Positions 1 through 5,117 of a stretch of DNA of 5,264 nt are shown in pieces. This DNA is from Candidatus Iainarchaeum sp. Lineage in GTDB: Archaea > Iainarchaeota > Iainarchaeia > Iainarchaeales > 0-14-0-20-30-16. Location of the stretch: assembly GCA_028710695.1 (NCBI GenBank), contig JAQTTP010000015.1:1-5264 (forward strand), given 5' to 3'. Below the pieces are notes generated by a model. It did not search any database, was not told the DNA's origin, and saw nothing but the letters and a program-made list of their open reading frames with translations. A program made the translations under genes and the position numbers. Within the stretch, counting starts at the first letter, position 1; each line of letters starts with the position of its first letter.

Positions 1-2
1 GT

Positions 3-1133
3 CCTGTAGAAGCTGGATTTGAAAGTCGTGAAGCAACTGTTGATTTTGGCGTAAGAGGCTCAAAAACAAAAGATTTAAATCAGGTCGTAGCTTTTCTAAA
101 TGCCGGTGTGCAGGGGGCTGATAGGGGCATCCGCGCAATTAAAAACCATCCTGTTGAAGTAACAATTAAAAACTTGATTAGTTCTACTATCCCATCTATG
201 CTTTTATATCTTTACAATAGAAATGACCCAGAATATAAAGAAAAAGCACGATGGGAAAAAGATCTATTCTATCTCATAAAAGTTCCAGGAAGTGATACTT
301 ACGTTAGAATTCCTAAGCCATATATGTATGGTCAAGTTTTTGGTTCTTTAACAGAAAGATTTCTTGAATATTTAGATACAAAAGATCCAGAAGCATTCGA
401 CCAATATGCACAATCTTTAGTAGATTCAATGATACCAACACAAGGAGACCCTGCATCTGGATTGCTTGCAACAGCTATAAAACCAATTATAGAAAATGCT
501 GCAAATTATAGTTTCTTTAGACAAAGAAAACTTTTGCCAGAAGGAGTTGAACAATTAGAACCATCTGAACAATATGGTAGATATACTTCAGAAACAGCAA
601 AATTACTTGGAAAAACTGTTAGTTATTCACCAACTAAGATTGAAAATCTTTTACAAGGTTATCTCGGTGGAAGTTCAAGATATGCTACAGGTGCTGGTGA
701 TTATCTTATAAATTCTATAAAAAAAGCTGCTGGTGAGCAAGTACCAGAAAAACCAAAAGATATATCAAGATACCCTCTATTATATGGAGTAACATCAAGA
801 ACTGGTACAATGACCGGTCAAGCAGAAAGTGTTAAGAAATTCTATGAAAATAGGGATAAATTTGTTTCAGTTAAAGAAACTTATGACAAATTATCTAAAC
901 AAGGCAAAAATAAAGAAGCTAAAAAATTGGCTCAAAAGAATCCTAATTTAAAACTTGCAAAAAATTTCGTATCTACTGCAAGAAAAATGAGTGAAATTAA
1001 TAAAAGAATTGATTTAATAAGATTATCTACTAAATTATCAGCAGAAGATAAAAAATCTAAAATAATGATATTAGAAAGGCAAAAAACTGCATTAGCTAAA
1101 AATACAAACAAACTTGCTAAAGGGAAAAAATAA
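3..1133 (+). CDS. 5'-truncated CDS, the C-terminal 376 aa of a larger phage or mobile-element protein. It may be virion-associated or of the large-polyvalent-protein type, and it ends in a Lys-rich coiled-coil tail.
   Basis: The frame is open from nt 3 with no stop. PVEAGFESREATVDFGVRGSKTKDLNQVVAFLNAG precedes the GTG at 108 that the track used as a start, so the gene enters from the left edge. The stop is TAA at 1131-1133. The C-terminal ~100 aa are Lys/Glu-rich heptad-like sequence (KKFYENRDKFVSVKETYDKLSKQGKNKEAKKLAQKN...ILERQKTALAKNTNKLAKGKK). From memory the globular part (YSPTKIENLLQGYLGGSSRYATGAGDY) resembles LPD38-type domains of phage polyvalent or internal proteins. I cannot verify that here. 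Confidence 0.8.
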   Translation, partial: PVEAGFESREATVDFGVRGSKTKDLNQVVAFLNAGVQGADRGIRAIKNHPVEVTIKNLISSTIPSMLLYLYNRNDPEYKEKARWEKDLFYLIKVPGSDTYVRIPKPYMYGQVFGSLTERFLEYLDTKDPEAFDQYAQSLVDSMIPTQGDPASGLLATAIKPIIENAANYSFFRQRKLLPEGVEQLEPSEQYGRYTSETAKLLGKTVSYSPTKIENLLQGYLGGSSRYATGAGDYLINSIKKAAGEQVPEKPKDISRYPLLYGVTSRTGTMTGQAESVKKFYENRDKFVSVKETYDKLSKQGKNKEAKKLAQKNPNLKLAKNFVSTARKMSEINKRIDLIRLSTKLSAEDKKSKIMILERQKTALAKNTNKLAKGKK

Positions 1134-1402
1134 TGGCTACAAATGATGATTCTAATATACCACAAATCGTAAAAACTATTAGTTATTTTATCAAACAAGT
1201 AGGATTCCCTATAGTTGCTTTCTTACTAATGTTCTATATGACATTTTATAGTGTTCAAAAACTTACAGACTCAGTAAATAATCAAACTAAAGTTCTGGCA
1301 GAATTGACTTTATCTATGAAATCATTTCAAGGAGAAGTTAAAGCAGAACATAAAGATATGACTAATAAGTTTGATACTATAATAATGCGTAAGATTCCTT
1401 AA
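1133..1402 (+). CDS. Small single-pass membrane protein, YvrJ-like (GFPIV motif followed by a hydrophobic helix and a coiled coil).
   Basis: The ATG at 1133 overlaps the upstream TAA by 1 nt (TAATG), and AAAGGG lies 8 nt upstream. The product is 89 aa with one TM helix (VGFPIVAFLLMFYMTFYSV) followed by an amphipathic segment (KLTDSVNNQTKVLAELTLSMKSFQGEVKAEHK). The GFP[IM]V-plus-helix pattern recalls the YvrJ small membrane protein family. Function is unknown, and a holin-like role is possible but unsupported. Confidence 0.7.
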   Translation: MATNDDSNIPQIVKTISYFIKQVGFPIVAFLLMFYMTFYSVQKLTDSVNNQTKVLAELTLSMKSFQGEVKAEHKDMTNKFDTIIMRKIP

Positions 1403-1435
1403 AATTCTTCTGTCCGGTGTGCCCTATATATAAAA

Positions 1436-1463
1436 TGGCCGTCTGTATTATCTACAGGCGGCC
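1436..1463. terminator. Imperfect GC-clamped hairpin between convergent genes. It is a likely intrinsic terminator, better suited to the minus-strand SPFH transcript.
   Basis: GGCCG (1436-1440) pairs with CGGCC (1459-1463), and CTGTA (1443-1447) pairs with TACAG (1453-1457). The loop is TTATC, with a small internal bulge (GT opposite G). On the minus strand the hairpin is followed by ATTTTATATATA, which is U-rich. On the plus strand it is followed by ACGATTAAAG, with no U tract. It lies 34 nt after the plus-strand stop (1402) and 29 nt after the minus-strand stop (1493). Confidence 0.5.
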
Positions 1464-1492
1464 ACGATTAAAGAAACGGAACTGCTGTTATA

Positions 1493-2539
1493 TTAATTAC
1501 TTTGGACTGGTTGTTTGAACATACCACCAAACATCCCATTTAAATCCATAAATGTATTACTATTAGAGCCTGTAGGAACTCCCCAAATTTGTAATTTATC
1601 TGGTATATTTTCAGCAAATTTAAGAGCTACTACATTACTGCCGCCGCCTAAGGCCTCTGTTAATAATCGTTTACCTTCTGCTTCTGCTTTCAATTTAGCA
1701 AGCATACCAGCAGCTTCCTGCTCAAGTTTATATCTTTCACCATCAGCTTCAACCATAGCTGATTCAGCACGTCCTTGAGCAGCCTGTATGGCTTTTAACT
1801 TTTCGCCTCTTGCTTCGGCTTCAATTCTTAATGCTTCTTGTTCTTGAGCAAGTGCTTTATTTTTGTTGATTTCAACTTGTTGAGCGGCGAGTTTTTTGTC
1901 TTCAATAGCTTGTTCAAATCTTCCATCGAAACTTAAATGTCTTATTAATACATCATGTACAGTTATAGCAGGATATTTTGAAACTGCCTGTGAAAGCCTA
2001 TCTCTTAATTTATCTTGAATAGTTTCACGCACCTTACCCTGATATAACTCCTCAGCAGAAAATTCTCCAATAACAAGTCTACCTTCTGAACGTATTTGTG
2101 GAAGCAAAACTTCATTTTCATAATTTCTGCCAATTTCTTGGTGCAATTGTGGAACTTCTTTTGCTTTGAGGCCATAAAGTATAGTTACATCAACATTTAC
2201 TTTTTGACCATCATTTGTTTTCAATTCCATACAATACTCATTTGATTTTTCGCTTTTTTCTGTATCAGGAGGATAAGACTTTATTGCCACATTGTATTTA
2301 ACCAAATCTGTTTTCCACTTATTATAGAACTGATATCCAACTCCAAGAGGCTCAGTTTTTACTTCACCTTTTACTTTATTAATTTCTACAGCGACTTCTG
2401 TCGGCTTAACAGTAGTCCAACCTAAAGAAAGAATAAGTAATAGAAAAATCACTACTAATATTATTGCTGTAGTAATTCCCAAAATTGGTGGCTTATGCCC
2501 AGTAAACATTTCATCCTGAGTTAAATTATTTCGTACCAT
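1493..2539 (-). CDS. Membrane-anchored SPFH/Band-7 domain protein (prohibitin / HflC / stomatin superfamily).
   Basis: There is an N-terminal TM helix (ILGITTAIILVVIFLLLILSLGW). The SPFH core follows (VAVEINKVKGEVKTEPLGVGYQFYN...VNVDVTILYGL...LPQIRSEGRLVIGEFSAEELY...ITVHDVLIRHLSFDGRFEQAIEDK). It ends in the typical Ala/Glu-rich coiled coil (QEQEALRIEAEARGEKLKAIQAAQGRAESAMVEADGERYKLEQEAAGMLAKLKAEAEGKR). I prefer the ATG at 2539 (MVRNN...), which has TGAAAGGA 9 nt upstream. The track's ATG at 2557 (MKGKKKMVRNN) has no SD but remains possible. Confidence 0.93.
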   Translation of the reverse strand: MVRNNLTQDEMFTGHKPPILGITTAIILVVIFLLLILSLGWTTVKPTEVAVEINKVKGEVKTEPLGVGYQFYNKWKTDLVKYNVAIKSYPPDTEKSEKSNEYCMELKTNDGQKVNVDVTILYGLKAKEVPQLHQEIGRNYENEVLLPQIRSEGRLVIGEFSAEELYQGKVRETIQDKLRDRLSQAVSKYPAITVHDVLIRHLSFDGRFEQAIEDKKLAAQQVEINKNKALAQEQEALRIEAEARGEKLKAIQAAQGRAESAMVEADGERYKLEQEAAGMLAKLKAEAEGKRLLTEALGGGSNVVALKFAENIPDKLQIWGVPTGSNSNTFMDLNGMFGGMFKQPVQSN

Positions 2540-2732
2540 TTTCTTTTTTCCTTTCATAATTAAATTTCATTTGTTTTTTTACTCTATTTATGTCCGTTTC
2601 TATCCATTTGTCTGACAATCCAAAAAAAGCACCTCCGTTACTTGTTCTAAAAAATATATATCTAATTATATTAACAAGCAGATATATAACAGCTAAAACA
2701 AGCAACATTTCAAATAATGTAAATATCCTCAT
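2526..2732 (-). CDS. 68-aa single-pass membrane protein whose 3' end overlaps the SPFH gene start, making it a candidate SPFH partner.
   Basis: The ATG at 2732 is preceded by TGAAAGGA-ATTCT. There is one TM helix (FTLFEMLLVLAVIYLLVNIIRYIFF) and then a basic tail (RVKKQMKFNYERKKENGTK). The 3' end overlaps the SPFH start by 14 nt (start 2539) or 32 nt (start 2557). I recognise no family. Confidence 0.7.
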   Translation of the reverse strand: MRIFTLFEMLLVLAVIYLLVNIIRYIFFRTSNGGAFFGLSDKWIETDINRVKKQMKFNYERKKENGTK

Positions 2733-2762
2733 AGAATTCCTTTCAAACTTTCTTAAAAATAA

Positions 2763-2900
2763 CTATTTATCGACTAACAATTCATATCTTTCATCGCATA
2801 CACACGGTGAAAATCCACACAGAATACACAAATTATCAGGCTGCAATCGTGGTTCTGGAGGTACTAAATTTTCATCTACAAAATCACCATCTTTAATCAT
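2763..2900 (-). CDS. 45-aa miniprotein with a CxxC-x4-CxC motif (possible zinc knuckle or mini zinc ribbon). It is not in the supplied ORF track.
   Basis: My manual minus-strand translation gives MIKDGDFVDENLVPPEPRLQPDNLCILCGFSPCVCDERYELLVDK, followed by TAG at 2763-2765. The ATG at 2898-2900 is preceded by AGAAAGGGAAAA. The ORF begins 12 nt after the upstream stop (2913) and ends 30 nt before the next start (2732). It therefore fills what would otherwise be the largest unexplained gap in this part of the operon. Confidence 0.6.
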   Translation of the reverse strand: MIKDGDFVDENLVPPEPRLQPDNLCILCGFSPCVCDERYELLVDK

Positions 2901-2912
2901 TTTTCCCTTTCT

Positions 2913-3158
2913 TTACTTTCTAATTGCATCTTCTTGAGCTTTTTTTTGTCTATTATCGTCAGGGTCTACGTAAATGTAGTCAAGTTTTGTCCCCATATCC
3001 TCAAGTCCTAAATCCCTAACATCGGATTCAATAATCAACTCATTTGGCTCTTGTTTATTTAATTCTGCTCTAACCGCTGCTCTAACTTGACCGTGTACAA
3101 TATCTTTATCTATTTTAGGTGATATTTTAATAACAGGTTTTTTAAAACTTCGACTCAT
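2913..3158 (-). CDS. 81-aa hypothetical protein with a basic N-terminus and an acidic C-terminal half.
   Basis: The sequence is MSRSFKKPVIKISPKIDKDIVHGQVRAAVRAELNKQEPNELIIESDVRDLGLEDMGTKLDYIYVDPDDNRQKKAQEDAIRK. I prefer the ATG at 3158, which has AGGAAG 8 nt upstream. The track's GTG at 3167 sits directly against that SD and so is unlikely to be used. No family is recognised and there is no TM helix or signal peptide. Confidence 0.65.
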   Translation of the reverse strand: MSRSFKKPVIKISPKIDKDIVHGQVRAAVRAELNKQEPNELIIESDVRDLGLEDMGTKLDYIYVDPDDNRQKKAQEDAIRK

Positions 3159-3229
3159 AAAATCCACTTCCTATAATTAGACTTACTAACAGTAATAATA
3201 TTAAGATAATGAAAAATATAATCCAGAAA

Positions 3230-3631
3230 TTAGGATTTTTGTTTGGCAATTTTCATATAGTTATTCCAAACTATCCAGCCCCACCATCTAACGTGGCTGT
3301 ATATAATCCATCTTGCTAATTTTCCTGTCTTTAGAATAACCATACCTTCAAGAAAAATATTATCGCATTGCTTACGATTATATTGATTAAGACCAACATT
3401 ACTATAAAGCCAATCATGTATTACGGCAGCTTTGCCATAAGTTCCCACAGGTGGAAATATGCTCCAAAATATTTGTGGTATACTTGCAAAATTAGTTATG
3501 TACCCTTTGGGAACTAATATAATTTCATTACTTTCTTTTGAGCCAACGTGATATTCAAAAGGTTCTATTAGTTCCCAATGCTTACCATCTGCTAATGGAG
3601 TAACAATCAATGGAGTTGTAAAACTGCTCAT
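3230..3631 (-). CDS. DUF1353-like protein (a phage-associated family of unknown function).
   Basis: The motif layout matches my memory of DUF1353: VPKGYITNFASIPQIFWSIFPPVGTYGKAAVIHDWLYSN...NRKQCDNIFLEGM. That corresponds to vP.Gf.tD.aSiP..fw, then aaviHD.lY, then R..aD..f.e.m. The ATG at 3631 overlaps the upstream lipoprotein's TAA by 1 nt (TAATG) and has no SD of its own, which implies translational coupling. Confidence 0.8.
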   Translation of the reverse strand: MSSFTTPLIVTPLADGKHWELIEPFEYHVGSKESNEIILVPKGYITNFASIPQIFWSIFPPVGTYGKAAVIHDWLYSNVGLNQYNRKQCDNIFLEGMVILKTGKLARWIIYSHVRWWGWIVWNNYMKIAKQKS

Positions 3632-3906
3632 TATTTTACTGCTTGTCCAGCTTTAAAGCCTATATCAAACATCTTTTCATAAAGTGCAATTACGTTTGGG
3701 CCGAAATCACCTTTGCTTTCTTGAGATTCAAGCTCAATATGAACTTTTTTTGTAATTGGGTCAAACTCTACAATTACTCCATTTAATTTCTGGTCTCCCA
3801 TACGTAGATAACTTACGTCTCCAGTTTTTGTATTATATTTTACTAATGAAAAACAACCAGAAATAAATAAAGTCATTAATGATACTAATATTATCATTAT
3901 TTTCAT
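3631..3906 (-). CDS. Small (91-aa) predicted lipoprotein.
   Basis: The N-terminus MKIMIILVSLMTLFISGC carries a canonical lipobox (I-S-G-C) after a hydrophobic core. The SD is strong (AGGAG-TACAAA-ATG) and overlaps the stop codon of the upstream gene. The mature part is ~73 aa, predicted soluble, and matches no family I recognise. Confidence 0.85.
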   Translation of the reverse strand: MKIMIILVSLMTLFISGCFSLVKYNTKTGDVSYLRMGDQKLNGVIVEFDPITKKVHIELESQESKGDFGPNVIALYEKMFDIGFKAGQAVK

Positions 3907-3915
3907 TTTGTACTC

Positions 3916-4767
3916 CTATTGTTGTGAAGTATATTCATTACACATAAGAAATAAATCATACTGATTTACTACTCCGTCTGGCATTCCATATTGTCCAGAT
4001 ACATCTGCTTGCATACTTTCGCCCTGTTTATGATATGAATTTGCCAAATAAGAAAAATCGACATAATCAATTTTACCATCATTATTAAAATCTGTAAGAG
4101 GAAAACTTGGAGGTAAAAGGATTATTTCAACAGAACCATAAGGACTCAACCAATTATAATTTCCCTCAGGAAGATTTTTTAATTCTATTTTACATACTCC
4201 ATATTCACTTTTTTCTATTGCTTGTCTCAAATCTACAGTCCATCCGTATTTTAGTCTGTCAGACATTAGTATTATACAAAAACCTGGAAAGTCAGGTTCG
4301 CCAAGTATGGCACAAGACGGTATTTCAGGACTACATCTTATAAAATCTATGTATAATATGTTTTTTCTTGAGACTCTATTGTAACCTTCAAAGATCAATT
4401 TCAAATCAAAAGAACTAAAACTCGTATACGGCCTTAAATCTCTAATTAATGGTATATCATTCAAGGCTGGATTAGGAATATCTAAAAGCGAATATACTCC
4501 AAAGCAACTTTCCCAATATGGTGGATAACCATACATTTCTTCTAAAACATAATCTTCGCCGCAACGCAATTCACAGGTATTTTGTATTCGTCCAATTTCA
4601 CAGCCACCACCCATTGTTTCTACTTGCCTACATTCATAATCCATATATGTACAACCATCACATCCTAATCCTTCGCACGTATTTGAAATCCAAAGTCTTC
4701 CATAATTTGAATAGCAATGATGACAAAACAGATGTAGTACGACAAACATTACAATTAACTTTTTCAT
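3916..4767 (-). CDS. Secreted Cys-rich protein with a C-terminal dockerin-like double EF-hand module.
   Basis: I prefer the ATG at 4767 (MKKLIVMFVVLHLF...), which has TGAAAGGA 6 nt upstream. The track start at 4782 is a TTG lying inside that SD. The N-terminus is a Sec-type signal peptide. A Cys-dense region follows, with a short internal repeat (WISNTCEGLGC and RIQNTCELRCG). The C-terminus reads DFNNDGKIDYVD FSYLANSY ... DVSGQYGMPDGVVNQYD LFLM. The first loop fits the 12-residue Ca-binding loop D-x-N-x-D-G-x-I-D-x-x-D exactly. The second is a variant carrying an insertion. Confidence 0.88.
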   Translation of the reverse strand: MKKLIVMFVVLHLFCHHCYSNYGRLWISNTCEGLGCDGCTYMDYECRQVETMGGGCEIGRIQNTCELRCGEDYVLEEMYGYPPYWESCFGVYSLLDIPNPALNDIPLIRDLRPYTSFSSFDLKLIFEGYNRVSRKNILYIDFIRCSPEIPSCAILGEPDFPGFCIILMSDRLKYGWTVDLRQAIEKSEYGVCKIELKNLPEGNYNWLSPYGSVEIILLPPSFPLTDFNNDGKIDYVDFSYLANSYHKQGESMQADVSGQYGMPDGVVNQYDLFLMCNEYTSQQ

Positions 4768-4790
4768 AAAACATCCTTTCAAAATATAAG

Positions 4791-5117
4791 TTATTTTTTA
4801 ATATGTTTCTTTTTATGACATTCTTTACATAATGGAAATTGTGGTACTTTTAACAACCTTTCTATAATCAAATCTATTAACCCATCCCAATTTATTTCAG
4901 GTTCATGATGAACTTCGATTTTAACTTCTTTTCCTTTCGCTTTACTTTGTTTAATATTACATTCTTTACATCTATATCCGTACAGTTTCAAAATAGAGGC
5001 ACGTTCCCTTGAACGCAACCATAATAGTCTCAAAGCTGCTCTAATTTTATATCTGGGAGTATCTATTTTTTTTTTACTCACAATCCAGTACCTTTTCTTT
5101 TCCAGAAACTTGTACAT
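4791..5117 (-). CDS. HNH endonuclease (free-standing phage type).
   Basis: The sequence has CKEC...EVHH...LCKECHKKKH, which is the Cys4 plus His-His HNH layout. It is preceded by a basic helix (RYKIRAALRLLWLRSRERASILK) common in small phage HNH proteins. The start is ambiguous. The ATG at 5117 overlaps the upstream 55-aa ORF by 40 nt. The GTG at 5081 forms a GTGA overlap with that ORF's stop and would give a 96-aa product (VSKKKIDTPRYK...). Confidence 0.88.
   Translation of the reverse strand: MYKFLEKKRYWIVSKKKIDTPRYKIRAALRLLWLRSRERASILKLYGYRCKECNIKQSKAKGKEVKIEVHHEPEINWDGLIDLIIERLLKVPQFPLCKECHKKKHIKK

Noticed and set aside
932-1198. 88-aa minus-strand ORF overlapping the end of the large plus-strand gene and the start of the next gene
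   Set aside because: It is antisense to two well-supported, coupled plus-strand genes. Its sequence is low-complexity and Ile/Phe/Leu-rich, as expected from reading Lys-rich AT-rich coding DNA backwards. It has no SD.
1403-1492. The GC-rich intergenic patch as a tRNA or small structured RNA gene
   Set aside because: I found no cloverleaf arms and no GTTCRA T-loop box or CCA-compatible acceptor pairing. The single hairpin is adequately explained as a terminator.
1515-1778. 87-aa plus-strand ORF inside the SPFH gene
   Set aside because: It is antisense to the strongly supported SPFH coding frame. Its Pro/Ser/Ala-rich product is the mirror of the Ala/Glu/Gly coiled coil, and it has no SD.
1600-1900. 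Local G+C spike in the 3' half of the SPFH gene, as possible evidence of recent horizontal acquisition
   Set aside because: My hand counts of 60-nt lines give 27/60 (1621-1680) and 28/60 (1741-1800) G+C, against 12/60 (961-1020) and 17/60 (4081-4140). The rise coincides exactly with the Ala/Gly/Arg/Glu-rich coiled coil, and the 5' half of the same gene is ~19/60. Amino-acid composition explains it, so it is not usable as an HGT signal without codon-level analysis.
2763-2900. The 45-aa Cys-rich ORF as a RiPP precursor (for example SCIFF- or ranthipeptide-like)
   Set aside because: It has only four Cys, and the window contains no radical-SAM, lanthipeptide synthetase, cyclodehydratase or transporter gene. 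A small metal-binding protein is the simpler reading.
2590-2937. 115-aa plus-strand ORF
   Set aside because: It runs antisense across three separate minus-strand genes and their SD-bearing spacers. Its Ser/Asn/Leu-rich low-complexity product has no recognisable motif.
3159-3229. Possible internal promoter or operator in the only sizeable gap of the operon. Candidates are TTAATA-N17-TCTAAT on the minus strand (3204-3176) and a small palindrome TTACT-GTT-AGTAA.
   Set aside because: Matches are 4/6 and 5/6 in ~18% GC DNA, where such hexamers arise by chance. The implied transcription start would fall inside the AGGAAG SD of the next gene. The palindrome has only a 5-bp stem.
3631-3906. The lipoprotein as the o-spanin of a lysis cassette, with nearby small TM proteins as holin or i-spanin
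   Set aside because: No endolysin-like gene is present in the window. The lipoprotein is not Pro-rich or Cys-bearing in its mature part as Rz1-type o-spanins usually are, and no embedded or adjacent coiled-coil i-spanin precedes it. I kept this only as an alternative inside the lipoprotein/DUF1353 finding.
4107-4343. 78-aa plus-strand ORF inside the dockerin-protein gene
   Set aside because: It is a shadow ORF antisense to a gene that has a signal peptide, an SD and a dockerin motif. It has no SD and no motif.
4708-4767. A Cys within the signal peptide of the dockerin protein (LHLFC) as a lipobox
   Set aside because: H-L-F-C does not fit the [LVI][ASTVI][GAS]C consensus, so a Sec-type signal peptide or an uncleaved anchor is more likely.
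4518-4769. 83-aa plus-strand ORF inside the dockerin-protein gene
   Set aside because: Same reasoning as for the previous ORF. It is His/Leu/Asn-rich antisense sequence with no initiation signal.
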